Part shown: one piece after another, positions 11,181 to 20,920 of the stretch
Position numbering within the stretch: the stretch's first letter is position 1
How the letters are laid out: every line of letters starts with the position of its first letter
Source of the DNA: an uncultured cyanobacterium
GTDB taxonomy: Bacteria; Cyanobacteriota; Cyanobacteriia; PCC-9006; JAAUQQ01
NCBI GenBank assembly: GCA_963718615.1
Contig: OY970368.1
Location: forward strand, 4,224,001-4,288,000
DNA: 64,000 nt
Reading direction: 5' to 3'
Made by a program: the position numbers and the translations under genes
Notes under the pieces: generated by a model
What the model saw: only the letters and a program-made list of their open reading frames with translations
Database searches by the model: none
Told to the model about the DNA's origin: nothing

Positions 11181-13145
11181 ATGGCAAAATGGCGAAATCT
11201 GCTGCTCGCAGCAGCGGCACCGGCTCTTGTGTGGGCAGCGGCAGTGGATGCGGCCACCCTAAATCGCTGGGCGTTGAATCTCTCCAATAATCAGCTGGAG
11301 TTCACGACGGATACCGCCGTCCAGCCTAAATCCTTCATGATTTTCAATCCTTCCCGGATTGTGATCGATTTGCCCAATACCAAGCTGGGCAGCGGAACCG
11401 TTCGGGAAGATGTGGGTAAACGCAAGGAGATTAAACAAATTCGCTTGGGCCAGCCCGATGCCCAGACGACGCGGATCGTGATTGAGTTAGCCGATGGCTA
11501 TGCGATCGACCCTAAAAAGACCGTCCTCAAACGGGTTTCGGGCAATAACTGGGCGCTGGATCTCAACTGTATTATTGCCCTCCCAAAGGCGGGGGCTACG
11601 GCGGTCACGATTAATATTCCAACTTCAGGCCAGGGCGGTTCTCCAGCTCCCATCCCAACACCGACTCCAACTCCAACTCCAACGCCGACCCCGGCCCCAA
11701 CTCCAACCCCTGTCCCACTTCCCCAACCGCCCACCGTCCCCCCCAGTTCCGGGGCTGGCATTCCTCCCACAACATTGGGCGTTGGTGGGCGCAAGCGGTT
11801 TTGCCGAGCGCAGGTCCCCAGTGCCCTCAGCAGTATTCTCAATCAAAATGCCAGTGCTCGCTGGAGTGCCATGGTGCAAACCCAAAGCGGCAGTACGCTG
11901 TTCGATCGCAGTTCAACCACTCCCCTTGCACCTGCATCTACCAACAAACTGCTGACCACCGCTGCGGCCCTCACCAAACTGGGGCCAAATTACCGGATTA
12001 CCACGAAGGTTTTGGGAGACAGCAAAGGCCCAACGGTAAATAACCTGCGCATCATTGGCCAAGGGGACCCAACCTTCACGACTACAGATTTGCGGAGCAT
12101 CGTCCAACAACTCCAGGGCAAGGGCATTCGCCAGATCGGCACCTTGATTGGGGACGATACTCTCTTCCAAGGACCATCGCTGAATCCCAACTGGCTGTCT
12201 GAGGATCGGGGGCAAGCCTATGCACCGCCTGTCAATAGCTTGCTGATTAACGAAAATATTGTGGGCCTGACGCTCGCACCCCAGCGCCAGGGGCAAGCGT
12301 TGGCTGTCAAATGGGATGATCCGACCGATCAACAATACTGGGTGATTGATAATCGGTCGGTGACGGCTTCTAGCTCCGCTTCGGAATATTTGGATTTAGT
12401 CCCTTCGGGCAACCGCATTATTATCACGGGACAATTGCGGCAAGGCGCAGCCTCGGAGCCCGTCGGGGTTGCGATTCCTAACGAAGGTAACTATCTGGTG
12501 CGCAAGTTCGACAATTTGCTCAAGGCCAGCAACATTGCCGTCGGTACAGCAACCTTGGTTACGAAGTCGCCGGCTCCCTCGGGTCTCCTCGAACTGGCTT
12601 CGGCGCAGTCGGACACCCTGGCGCAAATGATTGCAACCACCAACCAGGACAGCAACAATCTCTATGCAGAGGCGTTTCTGAAGGTACTGGGAGCCCAGCG
12701 GCTTCCCGATGCGGTGGATGCTCGGGTCAGTGGAGTTGCGGCGATTCGCACAATTCTTGCGGGACTAGGGGTTGATGTGAACCAAATTCAGCAGGTGGAT
12801 GGTTCGGGACTGGCTCCCAATAACCGGGTGAGTGCGAAGGCGTTTGTGCAGGTGTTGCAAGCGATGGCGAAGGGGTCGAATGCGGAGGTGTTTCGGCGAT
12901 CGCTCCCTGTCGGCGGCCAAAGCGGTACCTTAGAAAACCGTTTCAGCGGCACGATCGCAGCTGGTCGAGTTTTTGCCAAAACCGGAACCATTTCCGGCGT
13001 GATTTCCTTAGCGGGATATATCTACCCGACCAACGCCGCACCGCTTTCCTTTGCGGTCTTGGTCAATTCAGGCAGCTCCCAATCCTCTCTCCGGGCCATC
13101 ATTGACCAGATGGTCGTGGAACTGGTGGAACTGGACGATTGCTAA
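11181..13145 (+). CDS. dacB: AMIN domain + Pro/Thr linker + D-Ala-D-Ala carboxypeptidase/endopeptidase (PBP4, peptidase S13)
   Basis: SxxK (PASTNK), SxN (DSNN) and KTG motifs, GDP and DGSGL; N-terminal AMIN domain; RBS AAGGA before ATG 11181. Confidence 0.9.
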   Translation: MAKWRNLLLAAAAPALVWAAAVDAATLNRWALNLSNNQLEFTTDTAVQPKSFMIFNPSRIVIDLPNTKLGSGTVREDVGKRKEIKQIRLGQPDAQTTRIVIELADGYAIDPKKTVLKRVSGNNWALDLNCIIALPKAGATAVTINIPTSGQGGSPAPIPTPTPTPTPTPTPAPTPTPVPLPQPPTVPPSSGAGIPPTTLGVGGRKRFCRAQVPSALSSILNQNASARWSAMVQTQSGSTLFDRSSTTPLAPASTNKLLTTAAALTKLGPNYRITTKVLGDSKGPTVNNLRIIGQGDPTFTTTDLRSIVQQLQGKGIRQIGTLIGDDTLFQGPSLNPNWLSEDRGQAYAPPVNSLLINENIVGLTLAPQRQGQALAVKWDDPTDQQYWVIDNRSVTASSSASEYLDLVPSGNRIIITGQLRQGAASEPVGVAIPNEGNYLVRKFDNLLKASNIAVGTATLVTKSPAPSGLLELASAQSDTLAQMIATTNQDSNNLYAEAFLKVLGAQRLPDAVDARVSGVAAIRTILAGLGVDVNQIQQVDGSGLAPNNRVSAKAFVQVLQAMAKGSNAEVFRRSLPVGGQSGTLENRFSGTIAAGRVFAKTGTISGVISLAGYIYPTNAAPLSFAVLVNSGSSQSSLRAIIDQMVVELVELDDC

Positions 13146-13157
13146 AGTGCGCTTAAA

Positions 13158-13195
13158 GCAAAGAGGAGCAGTGCACCAGCGCTACCCCTCTTTGC
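13158..13195. terminator. hairpin between the convergent dacB and tRNA genes
   Basis: GCAAAGAGG...CCTCTTTGC inverted repeat. Confidence 0.6.
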
Positions 13196-13208
13196 AGGAA
13201 GTTATAAA

Positions 13209-13290
13209 TGGGCGAGGTGGGACTTGAACCCACAAGGCCGAAACCGCCGCATTTTGAGTGCGGTGCGTCTACCAATTCCGCCACTCGCCC
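13209..13290 (-). tRNA. trnL: tRNA-Leu(CAA)
   Basis: Reverse complement GGGCGAGTGGCGGAATTGGTAGACGCACCGCACT-CAA-AATGCGG...GGTTCAAGTCCCACCTCGCCCA with long variable arm. Confidence 0.97.
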
Positions 13291-13576
13291 GAATTGGTCT
13301 CCCCATTATATACCCCATTTGCAACGTTCCGACTAGGAAGAGACCAGGAATTTAAAGCCGACACGGATATTTTCTTTGTAAAAAGACTTGGGCCTAGTCC
13401 ATCGGAGCGCTAAAATCCTAGCCGGTACATCTGGGGAGACAAGGATACCCCTCTTGCGACTGGGCCTAGGCTGAAGGATCTGTCGTCAAAGCTTGTTTTG
13501 ATGGGACAAGCCCTACGGAAGCAGAGATTTCAAGCATGTTACTGTTCGGTGAGTCAGCTTGCTGTCTAATGGAGTA

Positions 13577-14734
13577 ATGGTCGTGGTGAATTGGCAAAAA
13601 ATTTTACTTGGCACGGTAGCTCCCTTGGTGTTCTATGCTTCCGCTGCCGATGCTGCGAGTTTAAAGAGCTGGACCTTTAATACCCAACAAAATCGCTTAG
13701 AGTTCACCACGGATTCGGCGGTTCAGCCCAAGGCGATTCTCATTTATAATCCCTATCGTCTGGTGATTGACCTACCGGGTACGAAGCTAGGTCGGGCAAC
13801 AGCAACTGAAAATTTTACGACTGGGGTTAAGCAACTGCGGGTTGGCCAGTTCAATACGGATACGGCCCGCTTGGTGCTGGAGTTGGCTCCGGGCTATGCC
13901 ATTGACCCGGATAAAGTGGCGATCAAACTGGGCTCCAATAACACCTGGATGGTGGATCTCAATTGCGTCGTGGAGTTACCCAAAGCAGGGGTGACCACGG
14001 TTCCTATCGCGGTTGAAGGAGGACCAGGGGCAACGCCAACCCCTGCACCGACACCTACTCCCGCACCAACGCCGACGCCTGCACCCAAACCGACGCCTGC
14101 ACCCAAACCGACGCCTGCACCGACGCCTGCACCTGCACCGACTCCCACACCGCCTGCCTCCACCCTCCCTACGGTCACTCGCAATAAATACACCGTTGTG
14201 ATTGATCCAGGCCATGGCGGACCCGATCCAGGCGCAGTCGGGATCGGCGGTACACGGGAAAAGGATGTGGTGACGGAGATCTCTCTCCAGGTCCGCGATT
14301 TGCTCCAACAACAAGGCGTGCGAGTGGTGATGACCCGCAGCACCGATATTGACCTGGATCTACAACCCCGTGTGGATATTGCCGAGCGGGCCAATGCCAC
14401 GGCCTTTGTCAGCATTCATGCCAATGCCATTAGCCTCAGTCGCCCAGATATCAATGGTTTGGAATCCTTTTATTACTCTTCAGCAGCAGGAAAACGTCTA
14501 GCCACCGAGATCCATAATGCGATTATGAGAGATAGAAATATTAATCTTGATGATCGCGGGGTGCGAGAGGCTCGGTTCTATGTGATCCGGGTGACCTCAA
14601 TGCCTGCTGCACTGATCGAAACGGGATTCTTGACCGGGGCAAAGGATTCGGTAAAGCTGCGCAACCCAGCCTTTCGCAGGCAAATGTCCCAGGCGATCGC
14701 CACCGGCATTCTCAACTATCTCCGAGGTCTCTAG
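13577..14734 (+). CDS. amiC: AMIN domain N-acetylmuramoyl-L-alanine amidase (Amidase_3)
   Basis: IDPGHGG, EK, SIHAN and LIETGF zinc ligands; AMIN domain; (PT/PA)n linker. Confidence 0.92.
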   Translation: MVVVNWQKILLGTVAPLVFYASAADAASLKSWTFNTQQNRLEFTTDSAVQPKAILIYNPYRLVIDLPGTKLGRATATENFTTGVKQLRVGQFNTDTARLVLELAPGYAIDPDKVAIKLGSNNTWMVDLNCVVELPKAGVTTVPIAVEGGPGATPTPAPTPTPAPTPTPAPKPTPAPKPTPAPTPAPAPTPTPPASTLPTVTRNKYTVVIDPGHGGPDPGAVGIGGTREKDVVTEISLQVRDLLQQQGVRVVMTRSTDIDLDLQPRVDIAERANATAFVSIHANAISLSRPDINGLESFYYSSAAGKRLATEIHNAIMRDRNINLDDRGVREARFYVIRVTSMPAALIETGFLTGAKDSVKLRNPAFRRQMSQAIATGILNYLRGL

Positions 14735-14776
14735 GACAAGTTCGCGCTTCTCATCCCTGGGATCTCCTCGGCAACG

Positions 14777-15634
14777 CTACCACCAATTCTTGGCTAAGCC
14801 CAGGCTTTTCTGGGCTCCCGCCATTAATCCGAGATAGGTATCGCTGCTGGCCCAGCGATCGATTTCTCTAGCCCGCAGGACAGGGAGGGGATGACTCAGG
14901 GGCGCGGTTTGGAGTTCGCGAATTACTTGCCCCAGCTCGGTGCTGCTGACTTCATCGTAAGAGCGGGCCTGTTCTAAGAAGGCATCTAGGTTCAGTTGCT
15001 TGGCCAATTGCGGAGAACCACCGGTTAATTTCATCAGGACAGCGGCGACGGTGCGGGGATCTTGGCTGACGAGGAGAGCGGCGCGATCGCAGGTAAACTC
15101 CGCACAGCGCACCCACTGCATCATCTGCTGTTGAAGGTTTTGTGTGAGCAACTGTCCAATGCCGGGTAACAGACTTGCACCTAGCAGCATCAAATTGGCG
15201 AGGGTTAGATAAACCCCATGGTCACATTTGAGATGGCCTAACTCGTGGGCAATGACGGCTTGGATCTCGGCGGGTTCTAGCAAATCCAGAAGAGATGTGT
15301 GAACAACAATGAAGGGCTGTTTGCCCCGCATAGCCATCGTGTAAGCATTGGGTGCTGGATTCTGTTTGATATAAAGCGCCGGGGCTTCGATGTCGAGGAT
15401 TTGGCAAGCGGATTGCAGGAGTTCGTAGAGATCGGGCAGTTGCTTGGGGCCAACAAGGATGCTGGAGGCAATATTGTCGAGGTAAAAGATCTGCTCGGCG
15501 GTGGGACCTAGGAGGTTGCGGATCAGCAGGTCAAAGCCGGGGAGTTGTTTGAGGGCTTGGGTGGCTTGGCGATCGAGGGGATGACGAAACTGGTCGGCTT
15601 TGAGGCCGATGAGGGCGGGTTTGGCAACGTCCAT
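14777..15634 (-). CDS. M48 family metallopeptidase
   Basis: AHELGH, EFTCDR and SHP motifs. Confidence 0.92.
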   Translation of the reverse strand: MDVAKPALIGLKADQFRHPLDRQATQALKQLPGFDLLIRNLLGPTAEQIFYLDNIASSILVGPKQLPDLYELLQSACQILDIEAPALYIKQNPAPNAYTMAMRGKQPFIVVHTSLLDLLEPAEIQAVIAHELGHLKCDHGVYLTLANLMLLGASLLPGIGQLLTQNLQQQMMQWVRCAEFTCDRAALLVSQDPRTVAAVLMKLTGGSPQLAKQLNLDAFLEQARSYDEVSSTELGQVIRELQTAPLSHPLPVLRAREIDRWASSDTYLGLMAGAQKSLGLAKNWW

Positions 15635-15830
15635 GGGCGATATCCTGGGGCAGAGTCCTTGATTGACCATGGGTTCAAGGTAGCGCAAAACCTAGGTGTT
15701 GACTGCGAGTGCGAGCCCAGTTGCTTCGAGTCGGATCTCTGATTCTCTCTCCAGAGGGAGGGCTGTGCCTGTGCAAATTGGCTAGACTCTGGCATCGAAT
15801 TCAGAACTTTGGGTTTGCTCAACATTTTGC

Positions 15831-17162
15831 TTGAGCAATCTCTCCCCAAGGATGCCAAACGCCAAATTTATGAAGCACCCCTCCAACCCCCAGTTTTTGG
15901 GTCAGGCTCCATTACCGCCCTCGGAACTGTCACCACCAGAACTGCTACAACCAGAACAAAACGTTGATCAAGGGACAGAGCCGCCAGCGCAGCCCGAATC
16001 AGAAAAACTGGACACAGTCACGGAGGGCTACGAATCCATTGAAGCGCCCTTGCCGCTCAAGCGCAAGCTACGCTACCGTTCTTTGCGTTTTTGGGCCACC
16101 GCCAAGCAACGGTTTGTACAACTGTGGACCAAAAACGGAGGGAGTTGGGTTTGGCTGGAAGGCAAGCCTATGCCCTTGGTCGGGCTGAATCGCAAGCTGT
16201 GGCGCATCGCCGAGCCTTCGCTCAACTATCTGATTTTGCTGCTGCTCTCTGGCATCATTTCTACCTTTGGGCTGTTGGCGGGCAGTGCTGCCACCATCAT
16301 TGGAGCGATGATTGTCGCGCCGCTCATGGGGCCAATTATTGCCTTTGCCTTTGCCATGGTGGTGGGCAATCGGCGATTGCTGAAACGCTCAACCCTGAGT
16401 TTGATCCTCGGAACGGCGCTAACGGTGGTGAGTGCCTGGATGATTGCTTCCATCGTCGGGCTTGACGCCCTCAATCCCGAAATCAATGCTCGAATTCGTC
16501 CAACCCTCATCGACCTGGGCGTGGCGCTAGCAGCGGGGGCAGCGGGAACCTATGCCAACACCCATCGAGGGATTGCGGATGCACTGCCGGGGGTGGCGAT
16601 CGCCGTCGCCCTAGTCCCTCCTCTCAGCGTCGTCGGTATCGGCTTAGCGATGGGATCGAGTACCGTGGCCATCGGCTCAACGCTGCTCTTTTTGACCAAC
16701 CTCACCGCCATCATTTTTAGTGGGGGACTGGTTTTTATCTGGCAAGAATACGGCTCGTTGCGTCGTGCTCAATCGGGTCTGACCATGGCCATGATCATTC
16801 TGTCTTTGTTGGGATTACCGCTTACCCTGTCCATGCGCGAACTGGTTTTACAGGCCAAAGCGCAAAATAGCATTTATGCGCTCATTAGCCGCCGCACGGT
16901 GACCTTTAGCACTACCGATATTCAGCGGATTCGTGTTTTGCTCAAAGAGGGCCGATTGCAAGTCCACGTAGAAGTGGCAGCGCCTCAGGATAGCATCACG
17001 GAGCAACAGGTGGTCCTGGTGCGGGAGTTTTTGGAGCGGGAGTTAGAGCGGCCGATTGACCTTAATGTTCAGGTTTTCCCGGTGCATAGTTTTTCCGCAA
17101 CGGCGTCAGAGGCTCAAGTTTTACCGATTAGTTTATCCCCTTGGGTCAAAATGTTTAACTAG
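15831..17162 (+). CDS. DUF389 membrane protein (start uncertain)
   Basis: IIGAMIVAPLMGPI and LPGVAIAVALVPPL motifs. Confidence 0.88.
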   Translation: MSNLSPRMPNAKFMKHPSNPQFLGQAPLPPSELSPPELLQPEQNVDQGTEPPAQPESEKLDTVTEGYESIEAPLPLKRKLRYRSLRFWATAKQRFVQLWTKNGGSWVWLEGKPMPLVGLNRKLWRIAEPSLNYLILLLLSGIISTFGLLAGSAATIIGAMIVAPLMGPIIAFAFAMVVGNRRLLKRSTLSLILGTALTVVSAWMIASIVGLDALNPEINARIRPTLIDLGVALAAGAAGTYANTHRGIADALPGVAIAVALVPPLSVVGIGLAMGSSTVAIGSTLLFLTNLTAIIFSGGLVFIWQEYGSLRRAQSGLTMAMIILSLLGLPLTLSMRELVLQAKAQNSIYALISRRTVTFSTTDIQRIRVLLKEGRLQVHVEVAAPQDSITEQQVVLVREFLERELERPIDLNVQVFPVHSFSATASEAQVLPISLSPWVKMFN

Positions 17163-17211
17163 TTTTCAACGGGTTTCAACCGGCTTTTAACTAGTTTCAA
17201 CGGGTTTCAAC
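17154..17211. repeat. two imperfect ~27-bp direct repeats between convergent genes
   Basis: TTTAACTAGTTT(T)CAACGGGTTTCAAC twice. Confidence 0.8.
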
Positions 17212-18076
17212 TTGGGGGGAAAAACAGCACCGGATGCCAGGATTGTCGCAAAACTTCTGCACCGAAGCTGGGGACGGATAACTCTAAGAAGCGATTGGTT
17301 TTGCGATCGGAGATGGCGATCGCGCTAATATCCTCCCGCGTCGCAGCCCGCATAATCTGCTCCATCAAACCACCTCGGGCAATGTGGGTGGAAACCTTGA
17401 GCCCAACGGCCTCTAGTTCCTGTTGGGCAGCGGCCAGTTTGGTCTCAGCCTCCGCTTGGAGATAGTCCTTCGGTAAACGCCCCCCAATTTCAATCACCCA
17501 CACCAAGACGCAGCTTTCTAGGGTGGATTGGGGATTGTTGGCAATTTTCTGCTTGATCTGGGCGATCGTGTGGTTAGCGGACTGGCTGCCGTCGTAGGGC
17601 AACAGGAGCGATCGAAAGAGGTTTTTACAGCGTAGCGCCAGCTCGCATTCCATATAGGTAGAGACCACCGGCGGACGCAGAATCAGCAGTGGACATTGAA
17701 GAGTTTGGGCCAAGACCGCAGAAGTGCTGCCAAAGAGATTCTTGGTGAGCAGACTCCGAATGGGTGAACCGAGCACGACCAAATCCGCTTGATGTTGCTG
17801 AACCGCTCGGTTGATGGAACGCTGGGCCGCGCCTGAATCTACCTCGATCGCCACCTCTATGCCTGGTAAGCTCTGGGCCAGGGCCGGAGCCAAAATCTGC
17901 TTGGCCGCCTGAACCGCCTCTCGGTCTTCCTTGGGAATATCGCTGTCATCATCCAGGGGAGCACTGTGCAAAAACACGAGCTTTTGTACGCCAGCCTCCG
18001 CAAGTTGAGGCACAAAGCGCACGAGCCGCTCGATACCGTCTCCCAAATCCGTACAGATTAAAAGGCGTTGAAACAT
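17207..18076 (-). CDS. universal stress protein (tandem USP domains)
   Basis: MFQRLLICTD, LVVLGS...LFGSTS and LLLPYDGS motifs. Confidence 0.9.
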   Translation of the reverse strand: MFQRLLICTDLGDGIERLVRFVPQLAEAGVQKLVFLHSAPLDDDSDIPKEDREAVQAAKQILAPALAQSLPGIEVAIEVDSGAAQRSINRAVQQHQADLVVLGSPIRSLLTKNLFGSTSAVLAQTLQCPLLILRPPVVSTYMECELALRCKNLFRSLLLPYDGSQSANHTIAQIKQKIANNPQSTLESCVLVWVIEIGGRLPKDYLQAEAETKLAAAQQELEAVGLKVSTHIARGGLMEQIMRAATREDISAIAISDRKTNRFLELSVPSFGAEVLRQSWHPVLFFPPS

Positions 18077-18091
18077 AGCGCTGCGACTCGT

Positions 18092-18118
18092 AAAAAAAAG
18101 GACCCTTTTGGGTCCCTT
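18092..18118 (-). terminator. intrinsic terminator after desA
   Basis: GGACCC-AAAA-GGGTCC followed by a T run on the minus strand. Confidence 0.7.
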
Positions 18119-18142
18119 ATATTTTGACACGCGACTAACGGA

Positions 18143-19204
18143 TTATCGAGCGCGGTCTGCCTTAAGGGCAGCAAAGCTTTGGTATCCAAAGTCTTTGTGA
18201 TAGATATGGCAGCGATCGGTAATTTCCTTCATCATTGCCCAGGAGAACTCCCGCTCGATCAGATGCGGACCCCAATTTTCCTGAAGGCTGCGGTGAGCCG
18301 CGCGGAGATTGTAGGACGGAATTGCGGTGCTGATGTGGTGGGGAATATGGACGTTGATGTCGTGGCAGAGAATTTCCACCCAAGCCGGATAGCGACAATG
18401 CACGGTTCCAGCGAGCTGGGCCTCGGCTTCATGCCATTCCGATGCAGGTTGGAAGGCAATATCCGGTGTGGTGTGGTGAACCAGGGTGAATGTACTCATC
18501 CAGAAGTGGTACACCATCCAGGGCAGCAGCCAGAACTTGACAAATCCCCAAATTCCTAGGGTTGCAATCAGGGTAGGGAAACCGATCGCCATCGCCCCCA
18601 AAGCCAGCAGTGCCGAAAACTTCACCTGCTGCCGCTGCTTCCCCTTAAAGGGTGTCCAGTCAAAGTGACGGGTGGCCCAATGGGCGATCGACCCCAGCCA
18701 CCAAAACCGACCGCGCAGCATGGCATAGCCCCACTGAAGGGCTTTCGGAGCCGCTAAATAATCCTCGGCCAGCGCCGGATCCCAAGCATTGTCAATTTCT
18801 AGCTTATTCGTGTGCTTGTGGTGGTGGTTGTGGAGAATCCGCCAAGCATGAAACGGGTAGGCCAGGGGCAAAAAGGCCAGGTGTCCAACGAGATTATTCA
18901 CCCATTTGCGCTGGGCAAAGGAGCGGTGGCCGCAATCATGGCCAATGACAAAAAAACCGGTCAAGGCAGTACCGGTGAGAAGCCAGGCAAAGGGGAGGAG
19001 ATACCAGGGGGCGATCGCCAATAACCCATAGGAGCCGGTAACCGCCAAAACGCTCAGCACCACCGTGCGCCAAGCCTTAAAGCTATTTTTTTGGAAAACA
19101 TCCCGAGGGAGAGTTCGCAAAATATCTCTGAGCCGTAAGCCGGGATCCAAACGAAGCGATGGAGCGGGGGCAGACGACACAGGGGGAGGAGAAGAAATGA
19201 CCAT
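18143..19204 (-). CDS. desA: delta-12 acyl-lipid desaturase
   Basis: His boxes HDCGH, HNHHH and HIPHH. Confidence 0.93.
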   Translation of the reverse strand: MVISSPPPVSSAPAPSLRLDPGLRLRDILRTLPRDVFQKNSFKAWRTVVLSVLAVTGSYGLLAIAPWYLLPFAWLLTGTALTGFFVIGHDCGHRSFAQRKWVNNLVGHLAFLPLAYPFHAWRILHNHHHKHTNKLEIDNAWDPALAEDYLAAPKALQWGYAMLRGRFWWLGSIAHWATRHFDWTPFKGKQRQQVKFSALLALGAMAIGFPTLIATLGIWGFVKFWLLPWMVYHFWMSTFTLVHHTTPDIAFQPASEWHEAEAQLAGTVHCRYPAWVEILCHDINVHIPHHISTAIPSYNLRAAHRSLQENWGPHLIEREFSWAMMKEITDRCHIYHKDFGYQSFAALKADRAR

Positions 19205-19365
19205 GCGGATGCTTGAAACGACGTAAAAGACCAATCGAATCGACGAAAACAATGAACCTGAGAAACTTTATTAAAGAATCTCAACAAAACCCCATCACGA
19301 TATCACGAAATATTTCCCTAAAGGCAGAGGGGTCCTACGGTGGCAGGTCGTAAATTTACGACGAA

Positions 19366-19776
19366 TTGCTGAAGGGGGTGTTTTGTAGTCTGAGATACAA
19401 TTTAGTGGAATTCAACGATCTGGTCAGCCTTCCTACCGTGAACAGTTTCACTCAGCCATCTCTTCGGCTTTCCCTGTTGGCGCAGTATCATATCCGTCAA
19501 TTGCTGCATGCAAATCGCGATCGCCTCCATCTGGTTGCAGCGCCCGGACGCAATCTGGCAGCAACAGAACAGGCCGATTTGAATGAGGTTTTGGAAGGGC
19601 TTTATTTGGAAGACCCCATAATTGCTAAAGCCATTCAGGACCTTGAAGGCTACACGCAACTCCATCTCCGGCTAACCCACGAGCAGATGAAGACAGGACG
19701 GTTTATCGATGACGTGGAGCAACGGATTTTTGCGCTGTTGGGGCTTCAGCGAGAGGATGCCTCGGTGGTTGCCTAG
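19366..19776 (+). CDS. hypothetical cyanobacterial protein (start uncertain)
   Basis: Open frame filling the gap between desA and desC, followed by a terminator. Confidence 0.65.
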   Translation: MLKGVFCSLRYNLVEFNDLVSLPTVNSFTQPSLRLSLLAQYHIRQLLHANRDRLHLVAAPGRNLAATEQADLNEVLEGLYLEDPIIAKAIQDLEGYTQLHLRLTHEQMKTGRFIDDVEQRIFALLGLQREDASVVA

Positions 19777-19852
19777 ATCGCGATCATTTGATGGATCCGA
19801 GGGATAGGCCATAAACGCAGGCCATAAAACAGGCCATAAAACAGGCCATAAA

Positions 19853-19877
19853 AAGGGGCGTGGAATGCACGCCCCTT
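19853..19877. terminator. bidirectional terminator, preceded by four AGGCCATAAA repeats
   Basis: AAGGGGCGTG...CACGCCCCTT perfect stem. Confidence 0.75.
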
Positions 19878-19947
19878 CGTTTAATGAAATTTTTGGCTTG
19901 GGCCAGTTGAATTTGGGTTTAGTCGGATCGAGCCGAGTTGGGTTGAT

Positions 19948-20763
19948 TTAACCCTTGGCGAGTTTCACATCCGTGGCCAAGCCCAGCTTCTGCAACAGCG
20001 AAATTGTCATCCAAGTCATATCCACTTCCCACCACTTCAACCCATGGCGAGCAGAGTACTGGAATTTGTGATGGTTGTTGTGCCAGCCTTCCCCGTAGGT
20101 CAGAAGGGCAACCCACCAGCAATTGGTCGACTTATCGCCTGAGTCTTCGTAGGTACGGTAGCCAAACTTGTGGGTAGCGCTGTTAACAAACCAAGTGCAG
20201 TGATACACCACCACGAGGCGGACAAAAATGCCCCAAACCACAAAGGGCCAACCGCCGAGCAGATACAGCAAGACGCCAAAGGAGATTTGCAGCGGTAGAA
20301 AGTAGCGATCGAAAAACTGATAGAACGGATCATCGGCGATGTCCCGCGTAAACCGCGCAATATCTTGCTTGGCCGGAACTTCACGCATCAACCACTCCAT
20401 ATGGCTCCACCAGAAGCCCTTATTGGAATCATGGTGATCAATATCTTGGTCTGAGTAGGCATGGTGGTGTCGGTGGAGACCAATCCACTCTGTTGGGCCA
20501 CTTTGGCAGGACAGGCTGCCACAAAACACAAAGAAATACTCTAGCCACTTGGGCGTCTTAAAACTGCGGTGTGAGATTAAGCGGTGCCAGCCGAGGGTAA
20601 TCCCCAAGCAGCCCGTAAACCAATGCAGAAAGACCATTAATCCAACTGCCTTCCAGCTAAAGTTACTGGGCAGTATCGCAAAGAGGGCTCCCACATGGAT
20701 GGCAACCATGAAGGCAAGCGTAGGCCACTCCAAGGGCAGCTTTTTAGAAACGGTGAGCGTCAT
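19948..20763 (-). CDS. desC: delta-9 acyl-lipid desaturase
   Basis: GWHRLISHRSF, HRHHH and GEGWHNNHH motifs. Confidence 0.95.
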   Translation of the reverse strand: MTLTVSKKLPLEWPTLAFMVAIHVGALFAILPSNFSWKAVGLMVFLHWFTGCLGITLGWHRLISHRSFKTPKWLEYFFVFCGSLSCQSGPTEWIGLHRHHHAYSDQDIDHHDSNKGFWWSHMEWLMREVPAKQDIARFTRDIADDPFYQFFDRYFLPLQISFGVLLYLLGGWPFVVWGIFVRLVVVYHCTWFVNSATHKFGYRTYEDSGDKSTNCWWVALLTYGEGWHNNHHKFQYSARHGLKWWEVDMTWMTISLLQKLGLATDVKLAKG

Positions 20764-20920
20764 GCAGCAGTGATTGAAACGACAGGAACAGGAGACCCTA
20801 AGGTTTACCCTCAGCGTAACCAATGCGTTGATCTACCTCAGGCTCAGATCTAACGGTTCCTGCTCCGTTCTAACGCATACTGAGAAACCGCATACTGGGA
20901 AACGAGCGAAGGAGGAGCCC

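Noticed and set aside
13400-13560. c-di-AMP or other riboswitch upstream of amiC
   Set aside because: No recognisable conserved core, only weak pairing.
11498-14415. Antisense ORFs with (GV/GA)n repeats
   Set aside because: They are shadows of the Pro/Thr linkers encoded on the opposite strand.
17154-17211. GTTTCAAC repeats resembling CRISPR repeat ends
   Set aside because: Only two units about 5 bp apart, no spacers and no cas genes.
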